Counted from the first letter of the whole stretch, positions 12,658 to 25,730 are shown. The stretch is DNA of 63,858 bases, filler included, from Lama guanicoe (GCA_013239625.1; 205 parts of 205 records of this genome joined end to end with filler, not necessarily neighbours in it); one strand, 5' to 3'. Notes: generated by a model from the sequence alone, not told the origin. Numbers and translations are program-made.

Positions 12658-14664
12658 TTCACTAGACCATAAATTCTACCAGGGCAGAGATTNNNNNNNN
12701 NNNNNNNNNNNNNNNNNNNNNNNNNNNNNNNNNNNNTTAATTAATTAANNNNNNNNNNNNNNNNNNNNNNNNNNNNNNNNNNNNNNNNNNNNACAAAACT
12801 GTGAAGCAACACATGAAAATTCTTGGCTTCTCTCACATTTTTACTATTTCACATGGAAAAAATAAAACATAGTCACTAAAAGTGCATCAGTCATCACACC
12901 AAAGCATAATATCCTGCACATCATTAAGTGGTAACTCTAACTTTGCTACAGAAAGTTTGAAAACATTGCTAAGAAGCCAAGTAGGTTGAATAAGAAACAG
13001 AAATNNNNNNNNNNNNNNNNNNNNNNNNNNNNNNNNNNNNNNNNNNNNTTAATTAATTAANNNNNNNNNNNNNNNNNNNNNNNNNNNNNNNNNNNNNNNN
13101 NNNNATTATACCTCTTGAGGAGTAAACTGAGGAGACATATAACAGTCATTATACACAAGAGTTATTGATGTAAAAGCCATGGTGTTTGTTGAATAAACAT
13201 CTGCACCCTTCTCAAGATCACGTAGAAAAGGCAGAGTCCTGCGATGACTGAGTTGTAGGTTCTGAAATTCCCAGAGTTCAAATTCAGTCTCTGTCACGTA
13301 TCAGCTATTTAACCACNNNNNNNNNNNNNNNNNNNNNNNNNNNNNNNNNNNNNNNNNNNNTTAATTAATTAANNNNNNNNNNNNNNNNNNNNNNNNNNNN
13401 NNNNNNNNNNNNNNNNTCCTTTTGTTCAGGCCACCTGTCCTTCCTAGAGTGCCTTCTCTCTCTTCTTTGGCCATCTAAACACCTTCCAAATCAAAGTCCA
13501 GATGGGGACGTTTTTCCTGCTTAAAGCCTTCTTTGACAACAGCTTCCTAACTATACTCTTTTCTTTGTACTGGCTTGTATATTTCAGTGGAAGTCTGGAC
13601 CATGCTGCTTCTTTTTCATGTCGTCTTANNNNNNNNNNNNNNNNNNNNNNNNNNNNNNNNNNNNNNNNNNNNTTAATTAATTAANNNNNNNNNNNNNNNN
13701 NNNNNNNNNNNNNNNNNNNNNNNNNNNNACACACACACACGCATTCTGAGAGGCAGCAACAGAGAACCGAGGTGAAAAGCACTGAATTTGGAGGCCGTCA
13801 GATGCCAGCTTGAGCCCCGTCCGACATTCACCCTTTACCTTGTGCCAATAACCTCAATATACTCGTCTCCTTAAGGTGAAGCAGCACCTTATCTACTTCA
13901 TTTATTTAATCAGTGTTTCTTGAGTAACATGTTCCAGGCANNNNNNNNNNNNNNNNNNNNNNNNNNNNNNNNNNNNNNNNNNNNTTAATTAATTAANNNN
14001 NNNNNNNNNNNNNNNNNNNNNNNNNNNNNNNNNNNNNNNNTCTCTTCAGGATACCAGGTGAAAAGTAAGTGGGACCAGGGGCTTTGGGGACCCTGATGAC
14101 GCTGCAGGGGAGAAGTGGATTTGAATACAACTAAGCAGGAAAGGGGGGAGGTGGCCACTTTTATTCTCCTTAAATCTGGTGATATTGAAACCAAAAGTTA
14201 AACTGCAAGATGTCATGAGGTTAAATTGTTTCTCTCGTCTTCCCCAAACCATNNNNNNNNNNNNNNNNNNNNNNNNNNNNNNNNNNNNNNNNNNNNTTAA
14301 TTAATTAANNNNNNNNNNNNNNNNNNNNNNNNNNNNNNNNNNNNNNNNNNNNTTTGGTTTGGCTACAGAGTCAGAATAATAGTTTCAGTCGATGTAGCTT
14401 TGTAATACAGAATATTGCATGAATTAAAGTTAGGCAATTCATTCTATTGCTTCTGGCATAGAGCCAGAAGCACATGCCTCAAATTGGGTAATCAACACTG
14501 CTACATGTAATCAGCTGAATTTAGACTGTAGATAAACATAGGGCTAAAGTAAGTAAACTCAATTNNNNNNNNNNNNNNNNNNNNNNNNNNNNNNNNNNNN
14601 NNNNNNNNTTAATTAATTAANNNNNNNNNNNNNNNNNNNNNNNNNNNNNNNNNNNNNNNNNNNN

Positions 14665-14754
14665 GTGGGGTCAGACTGGTGCGTGGGGTCAGGGCCGGGC
14701 GAGGGGTCAGGACGGGCCATGGGGTCAGGACTGGGCGTAGGATCAAGACCCGGC
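14665..14754 (+). repeat. 18-bp GC-rich minisatellite, 5 units (approx. GTGGGGTCAGGACTGGGC)
   Basis: Units start at 14665, 14683, 14701, 14719 and 14737; the array runs into the contig start. Confidence 0.9.
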
Positions 14755-15912
14755 GTCTGTATAGCACAGGGAAATTTACACAAAAAGTTATGATAACTCA
14801 GAGAAAAAAATGTGACAATGAGAGTTTTATTTCCATGAATGACTGAAAAATTGTGCTGAACGCTGGAATTTGACACNNNNNNNNNNNNNNNNNNNNNNNN
14901 NNNNNNNNNNNNNNNNNNNNTTAATTAATTAANNNNNNNNNNNNNNNNNNNNNNNNNNNNNNNNNNNNNNNNNNNNTTAAAAATGAGATCATATTTTCAA
15001 CTTAGACACTTTCACCTAATGCTTTTGCTTTGTCCTTTCAAGCATATCATTCACTCTTTTCAAATTTAAGAATAAATCAAATTAATTTATTTAATAATAG
15101 AGTCAGTAATACATTTGTGAAGTTTTCCATTAGTTAAACTTACTTTCTCAAAATAAAAGCTCTACAAAATTACAAAAATACTTTAAAANNNNNNNNNNNN
15201 NNNNNNNNNNNNNNNNNNNNNNNNNNNNNNNNTTAATTAATTAANNNNNNNNNNNNNNNNNNNNNNNNNNNNNNNNNNNNNNNNNNNNAAGAGCCCAGGA
15301 ACCGCCGGACCCACGGCTCCAGCTCCAGAGTGGACGCCGCTGCTCACAAGGCCCACGGTCCCCAGGAGGCGGGGGAGGCGTGTATCGCTCCAGGGTGGTG
15401 GCCCCCGGAAGGAGCCGGGAGTCAGCGGTCTGCAACTTCAGCCCAGAGACCAGTTGACTGAGATCCAGAAAGACAAGGTGGCCTCTCCAAGGTCAGCTCG
15501 NNNNNNNNNNNNNNNNNNNNNNNNNNNNNNNNNNNNNNNNNNNNTTAATTAATTAANNNNNNNNNNNNNNNNNNNNNNNNNNNNNNNNNNNNNNNNNNNN
15601 GAGAGAAAGAGAGAGAACGTGAATTATTTAGATGTCAATTCCACTTTTCATTTTTTAAATATTACACGACTGTCCTGTGAGTCCTAGAAAATCAGAGGTC
15701 TGGGCCTCAGTAAGAGGAATTGCAGGGGAAATGCAGCGGCCACAGTCTCTGGGCAGTCCTGCTGCCTCTGGGCCCCTCCTCCGGCTTCCACCAAAGGACA
15801 TGGAAGGCTGACNNNNNNNNNNNNNNNNNNNNNNNNNNNNNNNNNNNNNNNNNNNNTTAATTAATTAANNNNNNNNNNNNNNNNNNNNNNNNNNNNNNNN
15901 NNNNNNNNNNNN

Positions 15913-15977
15913 CGAGAGCGTCAATGCCCTTCACCACCCCTGACGTGTGGAAGTCCTCCAGCGTCTCTTGGAGGGTT
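15913..15977 (-). CDS. Candidate coding exon 5' part, unidentified (TLQETLEDFHTSGVVKGIDAL)
   Basis: Minus-strand acceptor ttttcacattctag| is followed by a GC3-rich, CpG-retaining open frame that runs to the contig edge. Confidence 0.4.
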
Positions 15978-17199
15978 CTAGAATGTGAAAATCATCTCTG
16001 CCATCCCATCACAGATTTTATCAGAGATCTTACTTCTATATTGCCTCTGGCTGTACAGGGGTTGGGGGGCTGGTCTATAATTTATTTTGCACCTGTTGTC
16101 GCTTCATGAACTGTGGAGGTCTTGNNNNNNNNNNNNNNNNNNNNNNNNNNNNNNNNNNNNNNNNNNNNTTAATTAATTAANNNNNNNNNNNNNNNNNNNN
16201 NNNNNNNNNNNNNNNNNNNNNNNNGTTTTGTCTTGGCCTTTTCTGTTAGCACGTCCCTGGTGAGTAGTTCATTTGAAAGAACAGCACGGCAAAATAAATT
16301 CAGTTTCTTAATGAGATAGCACATCAGAGAAGCAAACAGATAACCTGAAGCCATGCAGTAAGTTTACACAGCCCTCCCTTGGCGGGACCATCTTCCTGCA
16401 TTGCTGAAAACACAATCCATCAATAATTCAGTGGAGNNNNNNNNNNNNNNNNNNNNNNNNNNNNNNNNNNNNNNNNNNNNTTAATTAATTAANNNNNNNN
16501 NNNNNNNNNNNNNNNNNNNNNNNNNNNNNNNNNNNNCTCCGGCGACACCCGTCCTGGCGCAGTTCAAGTCAGCTTGCTTCCATAAACCCAGTCCACCACC
16601 TGCCCTCGTGCGCTGGGAACTGCAGGCAGCGGCCCTGCTGAGACAGTGTGCATACGGCATCCACCAAGCCACTGCTTTCCCCGCAGGACAGAGGGATGGT
16701 AGCCAACAAGCCGGCCCAGTGCTTTGGGGGCTCTGGCAGCCCCACCACNNNNNNNNNNNNNNNNNNNNNNNNNNNNNNNNNNNNNNNNNNNNTTAATTAA
16801 TTAANNNNNNNNNNNNNNNNNNNNNNNNNNNNNNNNNNNNNNNNNNNNAATTTGGAGAATGTAATTTTAAGTTTGGGGTCTTGCAGCAGTAAAGTCATCA
16901 TTCCCTAAATGGTGGTAAGTCAAGAAAGATTGGTGAGAGAGGAGTTATGGGATCAGACGTGCTCTTAAGGAAGCTACCTGTGGTGGCGGTGGCGTGCAGG
17001 ACTTCAGGAACGGGGAGTCACGAGAGCAGCAAGGACAGGAAGGGCAGAGAGGAGACTGAGNNNNNNNNNNNNNNNNNNNNNNNNNNNNNNNNNNNNNNNN
17101 NNNNTTAATTAATTAANNNNNNNNNNNNNNNNNNNNNNNNNNNNNNNNNNNNNNNNNNNNGCTTTATTAGCTACAAAATGTTTTCCCAGGCATGATATA

Positions 17200-17325
17200 A
17201 TTTGAGCATTATAACAACCCATGGAATAGGCAAGGCAAGTGTCATCCCCCTGCTTGTATCAGGGAGGGCTGAGATTTAGCAATGCACACAGCGAATGAGA
17301 GGGGAAATTGGGATCAGAAGCCAGT
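17200..17325 (-). mobile_element. MIR SINE remnant
   Basis: acaacccatggaataggc..atcccc..gagggctgag..cacacagcgaatgagagggg..gggatcagaagccag resembles the reverse MIR core. Confidence 0.55.
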
Positions 17326-17472
17326 GCCGTTGTTTCTTATTCCTGCTAGACCACAGGAGAGGGAAGACGATTNNNNNNNNNNNNNNNNNNNNNNNNNNNN
17401 NNNNNNNNNNNNNNNNTTAATTAATTAANNNNNNNNNNNNNNNNNNNNNNNNNNNNNNNNNNNNNNNNNNNN

Positions 17473-17684
17473 ATTTGGGTTATTTCCACTTTTTGGCAAT
17501 TATAACACTGTGAAGGTCATTTATGTGCAAGTTGTTGGGGGACATGTGAGTTCAGTTCTCTCAGGTGGATACCTAGGGGTGGACTTGTAGACTCACATGT
17601 CTAACCATTTGAAGAACTGCCAGATGGTTTTTCATAGCAGCTGCAGCATTTTGCATTCCCACCCGCAATGCATGAGTGTTCCAG
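17473..17684 (-). mobile_element. Old LINE-1 3' region
   Basis: atttgggttatttccactttttggc..atacctagg..gaagaactgccaga..cattttgcattcccacc.gcaatgcatgagtgttcca. Confidence 0.85.
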
Positions 17685-17784
17685 NNNNNNNNNNNNNNNN
17701 NNNNNNNNNNNNNNNNNNNNNNNNNNNNTTAATTAATTAANNNNNNNNNNNNNNNNNNNNNNNNNNNNNNNNNNNNNNNNNNNN

Positions 17785-17962
17785 ATGTTCCCAGCATACA
17801 GTCAAAAATCCCCACCTCCCAGTGGTTTTCAGGAAGGACATTTTAAAGGCAAAATTTGGGGTGAGAGCTGCAGGGGACCTTTCTTTCTGATAGGTTGGTG
17901 GTGAGGAAATGGGTGTTGCTCCAAGAATTCTGTGCTCAGCCTGAAGCTGCCATCCTCCACTT
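17785..17962. mobile_element. ERV1-type LTR fragment
   Basis: tttaaaggcaaaatttggggtgagagctgcagg..ttctgataggttggtggtgagg..tgtgctcagcctgaagctgccatcctccac resembles MER41/MER39-like LTRs (from memory). Confidence 0.55.
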
Positions 17963-18408
17963 GACTTGCACAGGGACAGAATCCCTACACAAGGACNNNN
18001 NNNNNNNNNNNNNNNNNNNNNNNNNNNNNNNNNNNNNNNNTTAATTAATTAANNNNNNNNNNNNNNNNNNNNNNNNNNNNNNNNNNNNNNNNNNNNTGAG
18101 AAAATATGTCACCCTTTACTCTGAATTCCCATGTTTGAGAGATTAGAAGTAAAATGACTGCAAATGAAAAGATTAGGGAAAAATTCCCAAGACACCAATA
18201 AAACTTAAAGGCCACTTTATCATAACATTAATACATAGCTTCTCTTTCTGTCTCTTTCATCTGTTCCCCATACTCATAATCCAAAGAAGTGTGTAGTTTA
18301 GGGATAAANNNNNNNNNNNNNNNNNNNNNNNNNNNNNNNNNNNNNNNNNNNNTTAATTAATTAANNNNNNNNNNNNNNNNNNNNNNNNNNNNNNNNNNNN
18401 NNNNNNNN

Positions 18409-18620
18409 ATTTCATTTATGTGAAGTCCTGGAATAGGCAAAATTGGTCTCTGTTGATGAGATCAGTGGCTGTCTAGGCTGGAAGGCAAGGGGAGTTGCCT
18501 GGAAGGGCAGGAGGGAACATTCTGAGTTGATAGGAAGTTTCTGTCTTCACTGGGGTATAGGTTATACAGGTGTATACATATGTCAAAATATTTCACACTG
18601 CTCACTTAAAGTGGGTGCAT
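18409..18620 (+). mobile_element. L1ME-type 3' UTR
   Basis: tttatgtgaagtcctggaataggcaaaa..ggaagggca..ggaacattctg..ggttatacaggtgtatacatatgtcaaaa..cacttaaa. Confidence 0.8.
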
Positions 18621-19656
18621 NNNNNNNNNNNNNNNNNNNNNNNNNNNNNNNNNNNNNNNNNNNNTTAATTAATTAANNNNNNNNNNNNNNNNNNNNNNNN
18701 NNNNNNNNNNNNNNNNNNNNTCTGAGAACTGTTTTCCTGTCACTTCCCATAGCACCTTTCTGGTTTCCACTCAGACCTTTTCTGATGAACTCTGCCTCGA
18801 GGTGGTGGTCACCTCCGTGTTGGCACTGCAGAAGCTCATAACCAAAGGTGGTAATTATCTTGTGTTACACTGATAGTGCTGCTCCCAAAGTCTCCAAGCC
18901 ACAGAGGAGGGGAGACACTCCTACCTCTCTGANNNNNNNNNNNNNNNNNNNNNNNNNNNNNNNNNNNNNNNNNNNNTTAATTAATTAANNNNNNNNNNNN
19001 NNNNNNNNNNNNNNNNNNNNNNNNNNNNNNNNCAAGGAGACATCTTTCATCTTCCCTCCAAAGACATTTAATTCAAACTAAGAATAATTTTCCCAATTTT
19101 CATTTTGATTTTTTTCACGTTCATACATCTATTTGAAAACAAACTATTGATTAAACACTGCTTAGTCGTTAATTAGCAATGTCAATTGGTCCTATTGTTT
19201 AAACTATTTAAAGTAATTTTATATTCCTAAATCACTTATTTCCCNNNNNNNNNNNNNNNNNNNNNNNNNNNNNNNNNNNNNNNNNNNNTTAATTAATTAA
19301 NNNNNNNNNNNNNNNNNNNNNNNNNNNNNNNNNNNNNNNNNNNNCCCAGGGCACTGGGGTAACTTTATGGAAAACTGTTGAAACTGGTCAAAGGGATAAG
19401 CCAGGCAGCATGCAAGAATGCCAGGAGGGGAAGTGCGGGCTGGGCAAGTCAAGCACATCTGTACGCTGAAAAACGTATTTTTTTTGGTGAAGGTCATTAT
19501 AAGTGAGTGGGCTATTGGTCAGTGATGTTGCCAAATAATTGGCTCTTTTGAGAAAANNNNNNNNNNNNNNNNNNNNNNNNNNNNNNNNNNNNNNNNNNNN
19601 TTAATTAATTAANNNNNNNNNNNNNNNNNNNNNNNNNNNNNNNNNNNNNNNNNNNN

Positions 19657-19721
19657 TGGACACTTTACATAAGTTAACTGCATGGTATGTGAATTATATC
19701 TCAATTAAGCTATTTAAAAAA
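19657..19721 (+). mobile_element. Old L1 3' terminus
   Basis: atggtatgtgaattatatctcaattaagctatttaaaaaa is a canonical L1M tail. Confidence 0.75.
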
Positions 19722-20592
19722 CTAGTTGGTCTACACAATTGGTCCCAAGATATGGCCTTGGGTTCACACCTCTGGCTGAGTAGATTGGAGACCCATCCAG
19801 AGAAAGCTATAGTTGTGAAAATCAGCTAAGACTACCAGTGAATAATGAAATGTCAATAAAAAGCCTAANNNNNNNNNNNNNNNNNNNNNNNNNNNNNNNN
19901 NNNNNNNNNNNNTTAATTAATTAANNNNNNNNNNNNNNNNNNNNNNNNNNNNNNNNNNNNNNNNNNNNCTTAATTTTTACTTCTTAATTCATTTCTATTT
20001 CTCTTGGGATTTGATGTTCTGTTATTGATTAGACACAGGTTTCAAACACATCTATTCATCTCCCCTTCACTGTTTTTTAAGGTCTTAAAAGGACGTCTCA
20101 ACCCGATTAATACTCTGCTTCAACTCACTCATCTATTATTCATTATACACTGTTTTCAAACCCTCTTTCTCCCTTCTTTTNNNNNNNNNNNNNNNNNNNN
20201 NNNNNNNNNNNNNNNNNNNNNNNNTTAATTAATTAANNNNNNNNNNNNNNNNNNNNNNNNNNNNNNNNNNNNNNNNNNNNCGAAGACCCCACTTGAGACG
20301 CCATCCTTGATCGGTAGGACGGCTGCACATCCAGCGGTTTTCAGCTGAGTCACTGTCGGAGCCTGCGAGCAGGACAGAGTGGGCCTCAAAGGGTATCTTA
20401 ATTTGATCATCCGTAACAGTCAGTGGTGAAAATCAGTTTACTGTAATCTCTGTGTCCTGAGTACATTCTAAAGATTCATTTTTACACTTTATNNNNNNNN
20501 NNNNNNNNNNNNNNNNNNNNNNNNNNNNNNNNNNNNTTAATTAATTAANNNNNNNNNNNNNNNNNNNNNNNNNNNNNNNNNNNNNNNNNNNN

Positions 20593-20804
20593 TACAATGT
20601 GTCAATTTTTGGTGTACAGCACAATGTCCCAGTCATGCATACACATACGTATATTCATTTTTATATTCTTTTTCGTTAATGGTTATTACAATATATGGAA
20701 ATATAGTTCCCTGTGATATACAGAAGAGACTTGTTTTTTAATATTTTTTTAAAAAATATTTTTATTGAAGTACCGTCAGTTTACAATGTTGTGTCAATTT
20801 CTGG
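20593..20804 (-). mobile_element. Two tandem young L1 3' termini (camelid-type), minus strand
   Basis: tacaatgtgtcaatttttggtgtacagcac.. is followed by a second tttttattgaagtaccgtcagtttacaatgttgtgtcaatttctgg; same family as 50032 and 52104. Confidence 0.85.
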
Positions 20805-21528
20805 NNNNNNNNNNNNNNNNNNNNNNNNNNNNNNNNNNNNNNNNNNNNTTAATTAATTAANNNNNNNNNNNNNNNNNNNNNNNNNNNNNNNNNNNNNNNN
20901 NNNNGATGGCTTGTGGCAATGATTAACGAAAAATATCTGTTTGAGAAGAAGAATTTAAAATGTCTAAACTGAATATAAAGCATTAGAAATGAGCTGGCCT
21001 GAAACAGAGAATTAAAACCAATGAAAGATGCTCAATAAATGAAGTTATCATTATACTTTTAAAGTTGTATTTTAAATAATTTAAAGAAGCAAAGAAATAT
21101 ATCAAGCCTACAAATANNNNNNNNNNNNNNNNNNNNNNNNNNNNNNNNNNNNNNNNNNNNTTAATTAATTAANNNNNNNNNNNNNNNNNNNNNNNNNNNN
21201 NNNNNNNNNNNNNNNNGGGAGCCAGGCCTTCCTTCCAAGGAAGGGCCTGGGGTCTCTGCTCTACACCAGGCAGGTGACCAGAGGGGCCCGTCACCTAGTG
21301 AGCCTTCCTGCCCGTGCCTCTCTGCTGCCACCGTGCTGTGGCACAGGCTGTCGGTCAGAGGGGAGACCAAGCAACGATGCGAACTTGACCACAGAGCCCT
21401 CACAGTCAACTCGGACGCTTACACATCANNNNNNNNNNNNNNNNNNNNNNNNNNNNNNNNNNNNNNNNNNNNTTAATTAATTAANNNNNNNNNNNNNNNN
21501 NNNNNNNNNNNNNNNNNNNNNNNNNNNN

Positions 21529-21700
21529 CTTTGCTAAAAACTTCGCTCTGTGCATCTATACTCCTCTTGAGTTCTCTCAACATCTTGACCATCATTACTT
21601 TAAACTCTTTCTCAGATAAATCACCTATCTCCTCATCACTTATTTCTTCTGGGATTTTATCTTGTTCCTTGGCCTGGGAGATATTCCTCTGCTGCCTCAT
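21529..21700 (-). mobile_element. LINE-1 ORF1p N-terminus (open frame)
   Basis: MRQQRNISQAKEQDKIPEEISDEEIGDLSEKEFKVMMVKMLRELKRSIDAQSEVFSK matches the laurasiatherian L1 ORF1 start (MRRQRN..Q.KEQDK.PE..L.DKEFK). Confidence 0.85.
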
Positions 21701-22152
21701 ATCATCTATCTTTCTATTTGTATTTTTAGGTAGGTTAGTTNNNNNNNNNNNNNNNNNNNNNNNNNNNNNNNNNNNNNNNNNNNNTTAATTAATTAANNNN
21801 NNNNNNNNNNNNNNNNNNNNNNNNNNNNNNNNNNNNNNNNTTATGTGATGGATAAAATAACACCCCACCTCATTATACTATTATAATTAATTCAGACAAA
21901 AAAACCGTATACTTTTGTTTAAGCTGGGCTTGGAATGCACAAAAGGAAGAAAAAAAAAATTTTAATTTTGTATTTGTAAAAGACAATTTTGTTTATGCTA
22001 TATTTCAGGACAAGCTAATGACGAGACATGCTAAGATTCTTTATTTAAAAAGNNNNNNNNNNNNNNNNNNNNNNNNNNNNNNNNNNNNNNNNNNNNTTAA
22101 TTAATTAANNNNNNNNNNNNNNNNNNNNNNNNNNNNNNNNNNNNNNNNNNNN

Positions 22153-22364
22153 CGTAATGTAAAAGATAGACAAGAACAAGTGTGGGCGAGCATGTGGAGA
22201 ATTGGAATGGAACAGTGCTGTGGCTTCGGAAAGCACTTGGGGATCCCTCAAAAGGGTAAATACGGAGTTACCGTGTGACCCAGCTGCTCCATTCCATGTG
22301 TGTACCAAGGAAAGCAAGGTAGCTGTGCCTGTGTCTACACAAAACTTGTACAGACACAGGTTGT
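22153..22364 (+). mobile_element. Old L1 (L1MB-like) 3' region
   Basis: aacaagtgtgggcgagcatgtggagaa..cctcaaaagggtaaatacggagttaccgtgtgacccagc..cacaaaacttgtaca. Confidence 0.85.
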
Positions 22365-22776
22365 NNNNNNNNNNNNNNNNNNNNNNNNNNNNNNNNNNNN
22401 NNNNNNNNTTAATTAATTAANNNNNNNNNNNNNNNNNNNNNNNNNNNNNNNNNNNNNNNNNNNNGGACCTACCACGTGTCACCATGACCTTGCTGAGTCA
22501 GGAGGCTGGAGCCTGGACGTCCTCCACGCCAGGCCTGGAGGAGGGGGGACAGTGGTGTGCAGGGGTGCCCGGCACAGCTCGCAGCCACGTGCGCCCTCAG
22601 TGGGTGGACTCCATGTGTTCCTCCTCAGGAATTCCAAGCCCTGTAACCGTCATTTACTTCAAGGTTTATTTCTGTCNNNNNNNNNNNNNNNNNNNNNNNN
22701 NNNNNNNNNNNNNNNNNNNNTTAATTAATTAANNNNNNNNNNNNNNNNNNNNNNNNNNNNNNNNNNNNNNNNNNNN

Positions 22777-22988
22777 GTGTGCTGGAAGAGTATTCTAGAC
22801 AGAGGGAACAGCATGGGCAAAGGCGCTGAGGAACAGGGTCACAAGAAGTCAACACCGGTGTTGGAATCTGCACATGGGGGATATGGCTGGTATGCTGAGG
22901 GCGCAGCAGGAAAGAATAAAGGAGGTGAGGCCCTACAGATAAGTCTAGAACACATCCTCAAAGGACTTACGGGTATAACAACACATTT
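22777..22988 (-). mobile_element. L2 LINE remnant
   Basis: gaagagtattctagacagagggaacagcatgggcaaaggc is the reverse L2 hallmark. Confidence 0.65.
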
Positions 22989-23712
22989 NNNNNNNNNNNN
23001 NNNNNNNNNNNNNNNNNNNNNNNNNNNNNNNNTTAATTAATTAANNNNNNNNNNNNNNNNNNNNNNNNNNNNNNNNNNNNNNNNNNNNGTACACGCTCTT
23101 CACCCCAAGGACGCATGAACACTTTGCCTGCACTCCCGGCTTCCCAGCTCCTCACATCCCCGCAGTTTCCTGCCGCTGTAGATCATGTCTTAGACGCTTT
23201 GCGCATTTTGAGTCCAAGTCAAAGTCAGCAGAGAGGTAGCCTTAGAGGACGCCCTACTAGCTCTTATTCCCGGTCTGAGGTGTGGCCTCGCCCCAGGGAC
23301 NNNNNNNNNNNNNNNNNNNNNNNNNNNNNNNNNNNNNNNNNNNNTTAATTAATTAANNNNNNNNNNNNNNNNNNNNNNNNNNNNNNNNNNNNNNNNNNNN
23401 GATGCCAGGTGATCCTGAAACACGTGCAAGAGAAGGACTGTGCAATACATCCCACTTTAACACCTGGAGGGCATCCACTGTCTAGAAATCATCTAGAAAG
23501 TTAATGTCTCAGTCCCCAACACAGTGGAGGAGCCTCCTCTGTCTACTCATCTGGGGAGTAAGGTGACAAAGATGTACGTCCAAAACTAGGGTGCCCTCCA
23601 GGAGTGCAGGGTNNNNNNNNNNNNNNNNNNNNNNNNNNNNNNNNNNNNNNNNNNNNTTAATTAATTAANNNNNNNNNNNNNNNNNNNNNNNNNNNNNNNN
23701 NNNNNNNNNNNN

Positions 23713-24236
23713 GAGCCTTCGACAGTTACAAGACCTGCATGGAATCAATTTTGTGCAGAAGGGAGCAGGGGAAAGAAACAAGGAGTATGAAAGAGCCAGA
23801 AACAGGAAACATTCAAAACATTCAACAGTTATTTATTGAAAAGCAGTCACAACCGGGAGGGGTCTTGTGTGGTCCGAAAGTTGGTGAGTGTGCAGGATTT
23901 GAGGTCGTGTCTGAGTAGCCTGGGNNNNNNNNNNNNNNNNNNNNNNNNNNNNNNNNNNNNNNNNNNNNTTAATTAATTAANNNNNNNNNNNNNNNNNNNN
24001 NNNNNNNNNNNNNNNNNNNNNNNNGAGCCTTCGACAGTTACAAGACCTGCATGGAATCAATTTTGTGCAGAAGAGAGCAGGGGAAAGAAACAAGGAGTAT
24101 GAAAGAGCCAGAAACAGGAAACGTTCAAAACATTCAACAGTTATTTATTGAAAAGCAGTCACAACTGGGAGGGGTCTTGTGTGGTCTGAAAGTTGGTGAG
24201 TGTGCAGGATTTGAGGTCGTGTCTGAGTAGCCTGGG
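23713..24236 (+). repeat. Near-identical adjacent contig pair 23713..23924 / 24025..24236 (4 substitutions)
   Basis: Differences at offsets 50, 99, 142 and 163. Confidence 0.97.
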
Positions 24237-24336
24237 NNNNNNNNNNNNNNNNNNNNNNNNNNNNNNNNNNNNNNNNNNNNTTAATTAATTAANNNNNNNN
24301 NNNNNNNNNNNNNNNNNNNNNNNNNNNNNNNNNNNN

Positions 24337-24548
24337 AAAATAGAGTTACCACATGATCCAGCAATCCCACTCCTGGGCACATATCTGGAAAAGGCAAAAA
24401 CTCTAATTTGAAAATATACATGCACCCAATGTTAATAGCAGCACTATTTATAGTATCTAAGACATGGAAGCACCTAAATGTCCATCAACAGATAAATGGA
24501 TAAAGACAATGTGACACACATACATACATAAACATATATATATATATA
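24337..24548 (+). mobile_element. LINE-1 ORF2 3' end followed by (TA)n at the contig end
   Basis: atagagttaccacatgatccagcaatcccactcctgggc..tgcacccaatgtt..aagacatggaagc..tgtccatcaacagataaatggataaag. Confidence 0.92.
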
Positions 24549-24960
24549 NNNNNNNNNNNNNNNNNNNNNNNNNNNNNNNNNNNNNNNNNNNNTTAATTAA
24601 TTAANNNNNNNNNNNNNNNNNNNNNNNNNNNNNNNNNNNNNNNNNNNNCAAGTAATTTATTCACACCAGTATGCCTACCGCAGGCATCATTCCTGTGTAG
24701 TTTTTGTTACTGGTCCTATAATTTCTGTTTCATGTCATTATCTCATAGGACGATGCTAACCTGTGTAAGACTGAAATGCTAAAGGAGGGTCTCTGTGGCA
24801 GTTAATAAAAATTTTTTCACATCATACGTGAAGTGGTCTGCTATCAGGCATCGGATGTCTNNNNNNNNNNNNNNNNNNNNNNNNNNNNNNNNNNNNNNNN
24901 NNNNTTAATTAATTAANNNNNNNNNNNNNNNNNNNNNNNNNNNNNNNNNNNNNNNNNNNN

Positions 24961-25172
24961 ACGGAATGATGGGGGTAGCAATTTTAAACAAGACGATAAA
25001 GAAGTTCCCAGTGAACCATGGACAACTGTGCAAAATGTAAAGGCTGTGAGGGAGGTGAGAATTTGGGTGTCTTGAAGAAGAATGTCATAGGTAGAGGGAA
25101 GAATATGTCCATGGCTGGAGCACGTATGAACTGTTTGTACAAAGAAAAAGGCTCATGTATTGGAGGAGAATA
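24961..25172 (-). mobile_element. L2 LINE remnant
   Basis: aaggctgtgagggaggtgag..gaagaagaatgtcataggtagagggaaga..ggctggagcacg.. Confidence 0.55.
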
Positions 25173-25272
25173 NNNNNNNNNNNNNNNNNNNNNNNNNNNN
25201 NNNNNNNNNNNNNNNNTTAATTAATTAANNNNNNNNNNNNNNNNNNNNNNNNNNNNNNNNNNNNNNNNNNNN

Positions 25273-25330
25273 TGGTAGAGTACGAGCTGGGTTCAATTCC
25301 CAGTACCTCAATGTAAAAAAAATTAAGAAA
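25273..25330 (+). mobile_element. tRNA-derived SINE fragment (camelid Vic-1-like)
   Basis: tggtagag..ctgggttcaattcccagtacctc plus an A-rich tail; Pol III B-box GGTTCAATTCC present. Confidence 0.65.
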
Positions 25331-25584
25331 AAGTCTTTTTTAAAAAAAGAAAAAAACACAAAGAAGAAAAGAGATCTCAAACAATCCAAATTTAAAAGGA
25401 GAAAAAGCATTTTATACATAGTAATCAGCTCAGTCTTGCTAGCTTAGGAGTTTGGGATTAACAGGTACACACTACTATGAATAANNNNNNNNNNNNNNNN
25501 NNNNNNNNNNNNNNNNNNNNNNNNNNNNTTAATTAATTAANNNNNNNNNNNNNNNNNNNNNNNNNNNNNNNNNNNNNNNNNNNN

Positions 25585-25730
25585 AGAAATTAAGAAAACA
25601 ATCCCATTTACAATTACATCAAAAGTAATAAAACACCTAGGGATAAATTTAACCAAGGAGTTGAAAGACCTATACAATGAAAACTGTAAGACACTGATGA
25701 AAGAAACTAAAGATGACACAAAAAAGTGGA
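25585..25730 (+). mobile_element. LINE-1 ORF2 fragment (post-RT)
   Basis: Open frame EIKKTIPFTITSKVIKHLGINLTKELKDLYNENCKTLMKETKDDTKKW. Confidence 0.92.
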
